Shown one piece after another: positions 25,516 to 41,503 of a stretch of 64,000 nt of DNA. The stretch's first letter is position 1. Every line of letters starts with the position of its first letter. The position numbers and the translations under genes are program-made. The notes below the pieces were generated by a model. The model was not told the origin of the DNA and did not search any database. It saw only the letters and a program-made list of their open reading frames with translations. Source of the DNA: Lepidodermella squamata (taxonomy: Eukaryota; Animalia; Gastrotricha); contig JBLDXI010000054.1 in assembly GCA_047495785.1 (NCBI GenBank), positions 3,472,001 through 3,536,000 of the forward strand. The letters are read 5' to 3'.

Positions 25516-27654
25516 ATGCGACATTTCGCGCACGATTTGTCTACTTTAACTCGCACCGAAGACATTCGTTGTGACGAAGAGGTTGGATTTGATGTCTTTA
25601 ACTTGTCAAAGGATGTTTTGCGGGGATTAGAAGCCATCGGCTTCAAGCAGCCTTCACCGGTCCAGTTGCGCGCTATCCCATACGGTCGCTGTGGGGTTGA
25701 CCTGGTTGTTCAATCGAAGTCGGGCACGGGTAAAACCTGTGTATTTTCAGTTGTTGCACTCGATTCACTTGACATAAGCCTTGGCCTTCAGGTAATTTGA
25801 GAATGCTTGTACTGAATGTTTATCATTTAATTTCATCAGGTCATTGTGGTGGCTCCTACGCATGAAATCGCTCAACAAGACAGCGAAGTTTTGCAAGCAA
25901 TTGGTCGTAAAATTCAAGGTTTGGTGGTTGCCACTTGTATCGGAGGACATCACGATGAGAAGAAAAAGCTGAAATCAAGTCATGTCGTTGTTGGATCTCC
26001 AGGCCGTATAAAGTATCTCATTCAAAAATCGAAACTATCTGTGCAATCGGTGCGTATGTTCATTCTCGACGAGGCTGATTTTCTTGTCAGCCAGGAAAAA
26101 ATGCGAGCTGACGTCAAGTAAGAAACACTCTATTTCTATCTGGTAAAATATTCTTTGTTTTCACATACAGTTGGATTTGCTCAGCCTTGCCTGAAGGTCG
26201 TCAGACGCTCGCTTTATCGGCTACTTTTTCAACTCAGCTTTCAGAATATGTTGTGAATTACATGAACAGCCCCGTTCACATTAAAATGTGCTCGAAAACA
26301 GCAGTCCTCGTCGGAGTGCGCCAATTGCACCACTACGTCAGCAGCGTACCCTTCGATGGCAGTTATTCTCGCGCTAAATTTTCCGCTGTAAGAGAAATAT
26401 TGGGCGCAGTTGATTTCCGACAGTGTATTGTTTTTTACAACAACCACGAGAAAGCTGAAAGTCTTAGCAAGGAGCTAACTGCCTGGAAACCTGATTGGCC
26501 TATCGCCTTCATCAGCAGTCAAATCGATCAGAGTAAACGATCGGCAGCTTTTACCCAATTTCGACAGGGAAAGTGTCGAGTTCTAGTTAGTAGTGATTTA
26601 ACTTGCCGCGGGGCTGACGCGAAAGACGTTGATTTGGTGATCCATCTTGATTTTCCAAGATCCGTCGACACCTATCTTCACCGTGTCGGCCGAGCTGGTC
26701 GGTTTGGTGGCAGTGGCGTTTCAATCGGCATCGTTGCCCTCAGTCAAGAGTTTGATCTGATCAAGAAATATCAAGAAAAACTGAATATCGAAATTCCTCA
26801 AATGGATTGTAAGTTGAATTTTTACAAAATAATGACCTAATTCAGCGAATCTTATTACAGATCCGCCTCAGAAAGATTTAGTGACGGGCTGTGTGGTGAA
26901 AATGCCGTCTTGCCGAGTCGGGGACATTGTCTCAGCTGATGCTTTTGATATGCAATCTCAGTCAGTAGTTACAAAAGAAATCAGCCCAGCAAAAGCACTT
27001 GAAGACGTTCCGATTGATCCACCTAGTGTTACTAGCCGGCCGGTGGTTAGCTATGAAGACGTGGAGAATACGGAAACTTACGACGATATGCTGGCTTCTT
27101 ACGAAGAAGTTGACAAATTTTTGAACTTGGACTCAGCTTCGACGCCTTTTGAGGCGAAAATTCAGAGTAAAAATTTGGATACCAAGACGAAGCAGAGCCC
27201 GCTGAACTGGACCGCTGATTCCAGTGCAGCTCAATCTGACTCATCGAAAATCGCTCAAGGATACTCATCTTTCATGTCAAACTCAACTCCTAATTTGGAC
27301 GGCTTAGTCAAAAGCTATCAGAGTGCTCAAAATCTGAAGCAACCTGTTGATGATAACGAGTCGCGAAGTGCTTCTTCTGCCACTGTTGTGCCTTTTAAGG
27401 AGGATCATGCGATATACACACCAACCCCAGTTGCAACTGGTCCGTCCCAGACCAACTCCCAACGGAAGAAATTTAGTGACAAAAAGGTCCAAACTGAAAA
27501 GTTTGGCGAAGAATTGCCGCAGTTGCATTACATCCCGATGCCTCCTTTGATGACGGCTGGGGGGTATTCAGAATTCGCTGAATGGCTACAGCTCCACGGG
27601 TCTCTTATTTACAAACCCCAGTGCCGGTGTTCGTGCCACCAAACTTCGGAATAA
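25516..27654 (+). CDS. DDX20: DEAD-box helicase DDX20 / Gemin3, 4 exons
   Basis: RTEDI...[33 protein letters not shown] (DDX20-type), [20 protein letters not shown]; long low-complexity C-tail. Confidence 0.9.
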
Positions 27655-27717
27655 ATTCAGATTATTTTAATCAAAAAAACGTTTCTCAGTTGTTTTTAGA
27701 GTTTTTTAATATTAAAA

Positions 27718-30700
27718 ATGACTATGCGAACTACGACACACCGTGAGGGTTTCATTTGCCCGGTGTGTAGGTTTCAGTACGAAAGCGATGAACAGTTGAT
27801 GACTCATTTCGAAGTCGCACATGCCCCGAAAGCTGAGAACGCCGATTCGAATGGTGTTGGCTCTGTCCTCAAAAAAGTCCAACAGAAATTTTTCCACAAG
27901 TCAGAAACGACGGATTCGCTTTCGGAAATGGGCCAAATTGCAGAGGACGAGGTTGACCCTGCGCAACAACAGCCTGAAGCGACGGGGATTCAGGGTCTCA
28001 TGCAACAACAGGCCCAATTTGGGCAGCAATACGCTGCGACTTTGGCCATGACGCGTTACGACGGCCGAACGAGAAATTTATTCAACGACTTTTTAGCCCT
28101 GCGCCGCGATCAAATCGACCGACGCGTCATAGAAACGAATAAATTGTTATTCCGACTCGAAAAATTGCTGAAAATCGACCCGGGCGTTGACCCAAGTAAA
28201 CGAATTCAGCTCGAGCAGGAGGTTGTGCCGTGGATCGAAAATAATTTTATGCCGATTTGTTCGAATTGTGGGTCATCGTTTTCTAAGCTGAATTTCAACC
28301 GCCGGAGACATCATTGCCGGCTATGCGGAACCGTCATTTGTGCCAGCTGTTCGACTTTCCTCAACAGATCCGCTGCTATGCAACTTGTTCACCTGGCTCA
28401 AAGCCAGTCATATTGTAAGTTGTTTTATTTTATTTTTATTACTTAATTTATTCGGCGAGGAACTTGATGGTCAAATTTATCATCAACCGCTATGACTATT
28501 GTTGGCCCACTCATGTTATAACGAACCACTATGGTGCCACGTTATAAGCGAAGTTCGTTACATGCAGAGTTGAAATTTTTTTATTGATTAACTTGGAAAT
28601 AATCAAGTAAAGTTTGTCGTGTTTGGCTGGTCAAAATTACAGCGGTTTCAAGTTCAGTGAGCGATGCATCACTGATATTTTTACTAATTAGAAAGTTACG
28701 AATCGTCTCAAAAGCCGCGATAACGCTGTACCGGCTGGGTACAATGCCTAGTTCAGTTCATGAGCGTACAGTGCCGAGCGAACTGTAGTCGATTGTACAG
28801 ACGAAGATGGCCAATACCCAGGATGCAAATATTCGGCATGCGGCATAGAAAATACCTAAGCCGCAGAACCAGTCGATACTAGCTAATTAAAATGTCTGTT
28901 TTAAATGCGATCGTTATCTTCGCCAAAAACAACAACTTCCGAAATTTGGGGATTTCGCTCAAATGCTATTCTCAAGTCGTCGTCGTCATCAATTATGATT
29001 CGGTCATCACCGTCGCTCCAAAACACGGCGTAATCATCAGCTTTGAACAAATTTCGGTACACTTCATATGCCTTTGATTTTAAAAGGGATAGCGGATTTT
29101 TAAAATCGTCGCTAATTTTCCGTCGTAAGACCTTTCCAACGCTGGAAATACGCAAGCGAACGAATAGTTGTGAGCCATGACGTCGACTTGATAACGTGCG
29201 AGGAGCGTGTCGTTGTCGCTTCACGAGTCGGTATTGCTGGCGTAGAAATCATTGGTCAGAGATAGAACTGCAAATGAAGCAGGGAATAGCAACATAACAA
29301 TAAATTCAAGATAAATTCAAGATAGTTAGTTACCTCTCTCAGTTAATGTGGCTAATTGATGTTCACCCACATCAGTAAACACCTCGGCGAATAAAAACCG
29401 GAATATATGAAACAACATTTGCCAAGATTTCGTCACTCAGTTCAAGTTTCATCGCTGCTGATGACTGAGAGCGTGAAATTGACAACTACTATTTCATAAT
29501 GCCGCAAGCTTCGAAACCAGAGATTATGCTTCATGTTCGTTTTCTCGACGTTTAGTTGATCAATCAGCTAGCTAAGAAGCCCCGGAAATTCTGAATTTCG
29601 GCATATTAGTTAGATCGATCGAGATGTGATTCTTTCCATTCCCGAGGTATCTTACGCCAGGCTTTCTTCAGCGGGCCGAAAAATGCCACGTCGAGAGTTG
29701 ACACGCCGGCTTCGCGTTAGGCGGAAGCAAGATGAATTTGAGGTCATGCTTCTCGCATAACTCCACCTCGAACGTCAAGTTATCGCCGATGAAACACTTT
29801 TTTTAGTTATGGAACACCAATGTTGTAGAACCAGTCCTCGAAAGTTCTCATCTCGAACCATCCGCTATTCGAGATTGAGAATCGTATTGTGTTGCTCGAC
29901 CGGTGGAACAAAAAACATAGAAAAAGTTACCTCGGTCTCCATAATTAGAGCGAGACTTGATCGGACCTTAAATTTTGGCCCAATAGACGATAGGAGCTAA
30001 TATGGAAATGGTTGCTAAGAAAATTGGCTAAGGAAATTTCAACTAATAATCCGCCGAACCGTGAATGTTAATTTTGCTATTTTATCTGGGGTGATCTGAG
30101 GTGAGGAATCATGCTGGAAATTCAGAAATTTAGGAAAAAATGATGCTAGCGTCTCCACTTCAATCGAAACGAACTTTTTGATAATGAAGTTTTTGGCTAT
30201 ATTACATTCTTGTTTGATACTGGTTCCTTGATATTCTTATTATCTCTTATTTTAGCCTCCTCTTCGGCAGCTGAGTCAGCCCAGATATCACCCATTAGCA
30301 GTATCGACCTGTTTTCATCCGATTCCAGTGGCCGTAAGAGTCCTTCGTCACTGTCCCTGTCATCCTTACCGAGAAGTGCCAGCATGCCAATTGTTGCCGC
30401 AAGTCGCCTGGTTCAAGGCGATGATAGCAAAGGCGGAACTGTTTTACGCATCTGTCCCTACTGCGCACAGTGCCTGGAGAGGTGCCGAGCTTCATCACAA
30501 CCAACCGTTTCACCCGTAGCCACTTTGTACGAACGCTTGAATACGGAACGAAACTTCATCTCGCAACACATGCCAGAGTACAATGAAATGGTGGCGCGGC
30601 TGCGCGAGGGTGATGCGTTGCATAGCATTAAGGCGGCTGATGAGTTGCGGATGAAACTGATGAATTCGATACGCAAACTGGACGCGCTTTCTAAGAAGAT

Positions 30701-31225
30701 GCTGGAGAACCCGGATGAATATGGCAACACGCCCGCAACTGCGAAGCTGTGCGCGAACATCCGACGTGCTAGTGTAGATTTTGCTCAAAAGTGGGGCGGA
30801 ATGTTGTCAGATTTGCCGACGGCCGATGAGGTCGAGCGAATTCGCGCCGACCGCGAGCGCCAATTAGCGGAACGGGTCGAGCGTGAGCGTGAACAGCTAG
30901 CGAGGCGGAACATGGCGAAGCAGGTGACGATTCGCCAGGCCCCTGAACGCGTTGAAGGTTGGGCTGTTATGGCCAATACTAATGCTAACCCGGCGACTGA
31001 TGCTGACGACCCTTTCGTGCAGCAACTCGAGCTTATTCGAGTCTACCTAGCGCAGGCCGAAGCCGACGGTCGAACTGAAGAGGTAATTTTTTAATCAATT
31101 TTCGAAATTTTAAATAACTGAATTTTATTTCAATTAAGGCGGCTGCCCTGCGTCAAAACTACGAGGAACTGAAACGCGAAGTTCGGCGGCGTGAAGTTCG
31201 ACAAATGTTAGAAGGCGAGGATTGA
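27718..31225 (+). CDS. RBSN: Rabenosyn-5 (C2H2 + FYVE + Rab-binding), 3 exons; intron 1 is 28415-30255
   Basis: REGFICPVC...HFEVAH C2H2, IDRRVIETNKLLFRLEKL, FYVE VVPW...RRRHHCRLCG...LRICPYC, C-terminal DPFVQQLELIRVYLAQAEADGRTEE|AAALRQN. Confidence 0.93.
28901..29452 (-). pseudogene. Antisense nested PB1-domain-like gene fragment (probably disrupted) in RBSN intron 1
   Basis: ORF 28901-29224 carries an OPCA-like acidic motif FWSDGDDRIIIDDDDDLRIAF. The upstream exon (MKLELSDEILANVVSYIP, weakly F-box-like) and a GT-AG intron cannot be joined without stops or frameshifts. Confidence 0.5.
29640..29900 (-). mobile_element. pogo/Tigger-like DDE_1 transposase relic in RBSN intron 1
   Basis: Translated fragments NSGWFEMRTFEDWF, FIGDNL, LKFILLPPN and (frameshift) LDVAFFGPLKKAWRKI match the DDE_1 motifs SGW...F..WF, DN, LPPN...QPLD...F.PLK..WR. 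Confidence 0.85.
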
Positions 31226-33509
31226 CGAATTTTTACCTTGTCTCGTGTGCATGATTCTTTTTTCTTGGGAAAATCAGTCTTTCTCTGAAATAATTTATTG
31301 TTAATGATCGTTTGTTGTTAAAATAAATCCTGCGTAGCTTGGTGGTTGATCATCGGTCTTAAATCTTTCAAATTTGCTGTTTTCTTGCTGTTTTAAGAAC
31401 AAAATCGATTTGAATGATCGTGTGCTATTTTTTCTTCCCGATTCCTTGGTGTGATTTTCTTTGTGTTACTTCGACTTGAACCAAGTAAAAACAGCCTTTG
31501 ATGATTACTTAGAATCGGTAAAATGGATGGAATGTGCTCATCTTTGTACAATTTAATAATTAAAACTACAAAATTCTAGTTCAGATGTAATTGAATCTAC
31601 CTATAATATCATTGTTATACCACAACAGGTGATTGATTTTTTATTGTCACGGATAATTGTTTCGAAATTGTTAAAGCCACTCAAAATTATAAAAGACTGC
31701 AAATAAATTATTATTGATGAACGCCATTAATAAAACTGATTTTTTCGTAACGAGTCTTGAATTTCTTTTCACTTGAGGACCAGAAGTTACCGGAAGCGCT
31801 ATTAGGTCTCGGCAACTCAGTTGCGGCTATAAAGTCTAGGTAACTAGGAAATTACGGCTTTTCCGGAAAAACTGAAAATTTCTGTGGCATTCTGCACATG
31901 GGAGAATAGGAACCGCCTTTGGATTATTTCAGTTGAAGGGCTCACTTCATACACCATTGATTACAATTTGATGAGATGCCGTTATGGCACGGTTGCTAGG
32001 TGCCACCGTGTATTGATCTGGAGCACAGAGTGAAAAGGGCTCTCTACAGACAACCGTAGCTGTTGCATCTCATATTAAAGCCAAGTTCCTGCTGATTATT
32101 ATTTCTACAGCGCGAAGCTGGCGCGTAAATAATACGTAACCAATATGACTTTATCTAGCTTTTTAATAAATATGTACACGCTTGACCTAAGGAGCCCTGA
32201 AGCCTTTTCGCTAGCTTTAGGAATTAGAACCTTGCTCGGTAAACCAGTTGTAAATTCGAAGCCCGAACATCATCAGCGATTTTTCTAAAACTAACTGCTA
32301 GCCTTGATTTATAATCAAACCCTTTTCGATCATAGACCATAGCTTTTATTCGTGTAAACACGGAAGAGCAGACCTCCTAAAGCTGTTCTGCCGCGTTAAC
32401 CTAGGCTACAATTTCACGGCGAGATGCAATATTTTCTATTTGTTGGGGCGGAAAGTGGGTGATTCTAATCTTCACTAGAAGTCGTTCACTGTCTTGCCCG
32501 TACTGGGCATCAAGTGAAACATTGTATTCCGATGTTACGCGGATTTAATTCTATTCTCCATGTTTCACCCCAAACTATGATCGGGTTAGTTGAGTAGAGT
32601 AATTATTCCATGGTATTCAATCAACTTGAAAGAAATTCGGGAAATTCGGGATGCCATTTGCTTGGTCTTCATAAATCGCCAATTTAATTCCAATGACTAG
32701 TTTTTCGCTGCGAATTTAATTGTGCTTCAGATCCGATTTACTAGATCACTTTCAGGATCTTTATTTGTTTGTGAGTTGATAAACAAAACTGCGATCGAGA
32801 CGAAATTTAGGTCGCTTGTGAATTTTAAGTTCTGATTCTATAAGCAGCGCATGAATGATTTTCCATTCAAATTGCAATTCTAACTGCAAAAACTCGATGC
32901 TATTCGGCCGACCCTATATACAGACAATTTTGGTTGTGATAAATAACTCGCAAATTCCTTGCGTTACACCAGTAACCTTGGTCACTAACCACGCGGTTGT
33001 GTTTCGTCTGTTGATTTACGTGGCCTTATAGATAATAAGGCCGAGTTGGCATCCCTTTCAACTGTTTCCAGCTTTTGTCCGATCTAAAAATGCCTAAAAG
33101 CCCTATTTCTCAAAATCCGAAAATATGTTTCACTATGCATCGGTTAACACTATCATGTTAACTATCATCACTATCACTAACTGTTCGATGTGAGCTCCTA
33201 ATTCTGAGATTAATTTCTCTGTTATTACGTTTCCTCAACAGTACGCAATTCGATTCCTTTGCCAACATTCAAGAAAATAAATCAATAATCATAGCTTCCG
33301 GCAGTTGTTGACAAACAAATTGTTAATTAACATAGCTTCAAGTGTTTTCAAGTCGGCATATAGCCTGCGGTGTAACAACCTGGGCAGGGGAAAAACTAGA
33401 ACTCTGACAGCAAAATTTCCGATTCTTTGCGATTATTCGTAACAGTATCGCAAAGTATGCAGTAGTCCAGTCTTTCCCTTTAGATCTTAACCGAAGTTTG
33501 ATCTCCAAT

Positions 33510-33905
33510 ATGGTCACGCATCAATGCGACGTTTGCGCCCAGAATTTCGGCACCTACACCGAGTACAATATTCATCGAGGCATGCCGCCCTTCTCAATAC
33601 TTGCGTTTTTCTTTATTACTATGCATACAAATTGCTTTAGGTTTGGCTCACCGAGCTCGCGACAGCGGAGTCTGCAACGCTGTGCCTCGTATGTTTTATT
33701 GAATAAAACCCACACACCCAACGCCAATAAAAACGCCTTATTAATTTTACCAGCTGGTCGGCCAGTTGAAGACGGGCACTACATGGAAAACGTGCGGCGA
33801 AACGTCTTCATCGGCCGCGTGCCTCAATGCGACTGTGGAAAACGCGGCGTCGACGACATTGTTTCCCACGAACACTACTGCCACCCAGTTGTCAAATACC
33901 AGTAA
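33510..33905 (+). CDS. 89-aa C2H2 zinc-finger microprotein, 3 exons (first intron GC-AG)
   Basis: Exons 33510-33579, 33641-33688 and 33754-33905 give CDVCAQNFGTYTEYNIHRGLAH (complete C2H2) and a C-terminal CxC...HxxxC cluster. Confidence 0.65.
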   Translation: MVTHQCDVCAQNFGTYTEYNIHRGMPPFSILAFFFITMHTNCFRFGSPSSRQRSLQRCASYVLLNKTHTPNANKNALLILPAGRPVEDGHYMENVRRNVFIGRVPQCDCGKRGVDDIVSHEHYCHPVVKYQ

Positions 33906-35089
33906 CAACAATAGTCAATCAAACGCCGTTTCTCTCAGACTCTAACTGTGATAGTAGCTGTTACGCCGTTATTTTTTCAAAATAAACTCGATTAGTTGTG
34001 ATGTAACAAACAGTATTTTTATTATTTAGCATCAAATTGCTTTTTCACTTTCTTCAAAGTTTGTTATCAATATTGGCTGATCCGGGCATCGTTAATAACT
34101 GATTCTTTTCAGATCACTGTTCAACATCCAGGTGAAGAACGAGCGGGTGGCCGTGAGACTTAGACAGGGCGGATATGAAGCGAATACACAAGTTTTTCTT
34201 TTGCATTAAAAAACACATAGAAGAGAGATGTAGAAGAAGGCGGCACCAAAAGCACGGAAATACGTATTGTATTATTAGTCATTTCTCGCGCAGCTTTCTT
34301 TCAACTGCGCAGCGCTGAGTACATTGGGTCACAAAAAGACGCGGCGTCAGTTTTTACTTTCATTTAATGCGAAATTAAACCATTTTTTATACATTAGAAG
34401 AATCAAATGATAATTGTTCATCAATAGATTTGCAGAGTATAGCTTTTATTCGCACGGAATATGAATGGATGTATGTATGTATGTATGTTTGGCGGTAAAA
34501 ACAACACACGGCATAGATTGTGTGGAGAGAGAAGCGAGCGGGGCTGCATCACTAGAAGGCGATGTTTCATGACTAAATAGGAACGAAAGAGAAGACGCGG
34601 ACAAAACAAAAAATGTTCAGCCCATGAAATTTTTTAATAATAAATTCCAACGCAGCGTGAAATGAATTATATAGTTTCAAGGCAAGGTTCTTATTAATAA
34701 TTATAATATTTTTTGCGATGATGAATGAAGAGTAGTGATCGAAAGATCGGAAAACACGTCTCGAGTAGAAAATGAAAAAAAAACGAGCGTCAAATTTGAA
34801 GGAAATCAGCCGTCGCTCTCTGAATTTCAGAACAATGTCACGAGCTTTCAAATAATATTTTTCAGTTTATTTACACGAGGTTATTTAATATAAAACAATT
34901 CCGTCATTGTTTCGCCAGCCAGCCGTTGAAAACACTCATCGCGTGCAAATGTGCAGAACAGGGAAAAGTTGCGAACGCTTGTAACATTCCCAGAGTTTCT
35001 TCAAATCACAGAGTGCTGTTCTTTTAAATGATTTCTCTCTCTAGTAAATTTGTGACTAAATTTCTCTGACGTTTGTTTGTTTGTTTGAT

Positions 35090-38182
<3,093 letters not shown>

Positions 38183-38320
38183 TCAAATCAATTAAACAGA
38201 ATTTATCGGGTGATAAAATAACTAAATCTATCTAAATGAAGAGCAAAAAACAGAGTCAACCAAAAACAGATTTTAATGAAATACATAACATAGTAAAAAC
38301 ATTACGAGGTGTTGAAAGAA

Positions 38321-38953
38321 TCAATTCTTTTTCGAGCTGAAACCAGAAAAGCCCATCAGAGCAGCAAAGTCAGGGTCAACTGACTCAGCTTCATCTTCTG
38401 ATTCTACACGGGCCTTCTTGCCTTTGCCCTTATCCTTCTTATATGCTTTAAGCTTTTCCTCTTCCTCTTTTATCTCCTTCATACGTTCATCGATGTCATA
38501 GTCATGTCTTGTTTCAGTAACTTTCCGCTTTGCAGATTCAAGACGCTTCTTCACATCATCAACAGTTGATCGCTGAACCCGCATCGACATGCCCAAATTC
38601 CGCTGATGTTTACGGCCATTGATATGGTCGAGAAAGTTTATGGAGTCTTTTACTGTGCAATCGCAGACGTTACAATAATAGCCTCCTTGCATTGCCATAG
38701 GGGTGGTTTTGGTGACGACTTGCGTTTTCCCAAGCTTTGATTCCAAATCAACCTTGTATTCGCGAGGTCGCACAGGTTCGCGTTTGACATTCTTGTCTTC
38801 ATCGTCATCGTGTGTCTTCTTCAAGCTATTATTAGCGAGAATGTTAAGCCTCTCTTGGTCAAAGCGTTTGTCTATATCTTTTTGATAGTCCGCAACGTCG
38901 AACTTTCGCCGATAATTGTCGGAGACCCCCGATGGGGCGGCTTTGCCAGACAT
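38321..38953 (-). CDS. ZMAT2: Zinc finger matrin-type 2 (Snu23), spliceosome B-complex protein
   Basis: VDLESKLGKTQV...GGYYCNVCDCTVKDSINFLDHINGRKHQRNLGMSMRV...MGFSGF. Confidence 0.96.
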   Translation of the reverse strand: MSGKAAPSGVSDNYRRKFDVADYQKDIDKRFDQERLNILANNSLKKTHDDDEDKNVKREPVRPREYKVDLESKLGKTQVVTKTTPMAMQGGYYCNVCDCTVKDSINFLDHINGRKHQRNLGMSMRVQRSTVDDVKKRLESAKRKVTETRHDYDIDERMKEIKEEEEKLKAYKKDKGKGKKARVESEDEAESVDPDFAALMGFSGFSSKKN

Positions 38954-40652
38954 AGCGATTAAAAACCTATAATCAAATCAATATATTGATATTGAGAAAC
39001 AAAAACTTCATCTGCAACTTGCAGTTCGTTTCAAGTTCGTTTCAATGGATTTAATAAACCAAAAACTTAACTGGTAATATGTGAATGAAAGAACATACCG
39101 AGCCATGTCGGATGTCGGGACGTGAGGAAAATTGTCGACATCAAAAATATTGAAACAAAATTAGCTTTACTGGTTGCTACACAGTCCGACGTAAGGATTG
39201 GGCTTAAAGGCTTAAGAATTGGAACAGCTATCCGCTAGCCGCTAGAAAATACCCAATATTTTAAACGTATTTCTTAAAGAGATTACTGATAAGCGAAAGC
39301 TTAAGCGAAGTGTGTAAGAAGAATGAGGAACGAATCAGTTCAACTTAAGAAAGCATAGCGGAAGCAGAATCAATCTAGTGTCATGTTAAGTGTTAAGTTA
39401 TTAAAATATTATTTAAAATATCATGATTGGTTAACAAGGGTATAGATCAGCCAAAGGCAAATGCAACGAGTGACGATAAGAGTTTCAAGTTCACTGTTTG
39501 GTTAGAAGCTACCGTGAGGCCGGTACGATTTACGATTTCTTAATTCTAGATATGTTGAAAAACTGCGCAACCTAAAACTTCTTGGCGAACAGCAGCGATT
39601 TAACCTAGCTTCGACCATTCTTTCGATTGCTGATGGAAGTAGCATTCTCACACTGGCATTATCGCACGAAACCCGACTCACTCCTACAGCCCCGTCTGAT
39701 TTTTGCCAACGGAGCCAGGTGCCCTTCATTTTATGGCATAATGCACAACCGACACAGTACATCAAATAAAAGTTGAAATATTTATACCGATGCTTCATTA
39801 CAAAATGATCAGTTAAAACTGTCAACTTTAAAAAATCGCAAATTTCAAGTTTCGCAAACGCGCAGTTATGAGGCCAACCGAGAAAGTTGTTTGAGTCCAA
39901 CGCCGAGGCGACATCAGGTGGCGCTGTTGTTCCACGATCTACCTACTAGCCTGATTACGGACAATATAATGGATCCCTATTGTTAATTGCGACATTCTAT
40001 TATCAGTTTTTTCAGAGATCTCTCCGAAGAACTTGGCACTTGGCACTTGGCACTCATCATCTAATTCTCATATCATTGGAAAATATAGATGTTTTCGCTG
40101 CAATCATTTCTTGATATTTAGGCTGCGATGGCTGATGCCCATGCAATGCGGGGGAGAATGCATGAACACGGAATTGAGTATCAGATTCTTTGCTGCTTGC
40201 AGAACTCTTAAATCCAACTTCAGAAATGTTTGATCAGTAACTTAGGGATCTCAAAATAAGCAGCTGTTAAATGTCAAATTAGTGCTAAACACTAAACAGA
40301 TAGCGTTCGTCTCAGGCTTCTATTGACGACTGGAAATGATTATCCCGTAGGCTATACAGCCGTGAAATCCGAACTCCTTGATCGTTGACGTTGCTTTTTC
40401 GTAGCTCGTAATTTTCCCGAAATATGTCATACTTTATCGTGGGATCTAGAATCGGAAATCGTTGCATAAAAGACGTTGCCTTTCAGATATCTGTCATAGT
40501 TTGTGGCTCCTACAAACGCTTATGGTTTCACTATTATGGCTCCGTGCGTCTTTGATTTATTTGTTAGTTACTTATCATAAAAGTTCTAAATTTCTGGGAC
40601 TAGGGTCATTTTTAATTACTCTTTATAGACAAAAGCCTCGCACGCTCTGGCA

Positions 40653-41377
40653 ATGCCGCTCCAAGAAGGTGCGTGATGTCCTTATCTGTTTTGATTAAAT
40701 GTACACTGTCTCGAATTAAGATGAAATCATCAGGCGCCGTTTGATCAATGACGGAGATAGTGGCCAGGAAGACAAAAGGATTGCCGTGATGCTAAAGTCC
40801 CTCATGGAGCTGTCTAATGTTACTGATGATGACAAGTGGTAGGCCTTGGTAGTTGACATCATCTACAATGCTTCATGCTTTTTTAATTTTAGCGCCACAA
40901 TCTGCAACAGACTACAAGCCGCTTTAGCTCAACATGAGGCAGCCATGCGAAAAACTGTCAATGTGATCTCTATGAATGCGAAGGAAGAGGATTGCTACAA
41001 ATCACTTGAGGCAGATTTCGATCAGCAAATCATTGCTGCACACGAACGAACCAAGGTGCTTAAAGAAGAGTTATTGGCTGCCAAAGAGCTCCGTCGAAAA
41101 AAGCAAGAATGTGACCTCCTCGCTCAAATTGTTGAAGAACTTCCTGGTCGGCTCACTCTAGAAACGTAAAGTTCACATAAATTTTTGTCAATTCATGTCA
41201 TTATACTTGATTCAACTTAGGCAACTGAACAAAGTTCAACAAAAATTGGCTCAACTTCGCGATCTTGACGAATCACTGTCGAAGAAGATTGACGATAGAA
41301 AACGGCAGTTTTACCTTCTCAGCCTCACGTTACATGAACTCGATGAAATGCTTGAAGAAGAACAGAATTTGTGCTAA
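40653..41377 (+). CDS. THOC7: THO complex subunit 7, 4 exons
   Basis: Spliced DEIIRRRLINDGDSGQEDKRI, AKELRRKKQECDLLA and RKRQFYLL match the THOC7 pattern. Confidence 0.88.
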
Positions 41378-41503
41378 TACTTTTTTCCGACCTAACTATC
41401 TGGTCCATTCATCGGTTTTTTTTAAATTCAGTTTCACTTGGTGAATATATGGGTTCGTTTTGTATAGGTTGATTTAAATTGAGTTTGAGTAAGATCCAGG
41501 AAG

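Noticed and set aside
29455-29490. Hammerhead-like CTGATGA...GAAA (also CTGATGA at 22821 and 52858)
   Set aside because: No stem II or flanking helices can be formed.
34468-34490. (GTAT)n and, at about 35072, (GTTT)n tracts
   Set aside because: Ordinary short microsatellites in the SRPK 3' region.
39502-39900. ORF with CxxC resembling a hAT BED finger
   Set aside because: Too degenerate; the His/Cys ligands and the rest of a transposase are not recognisable.
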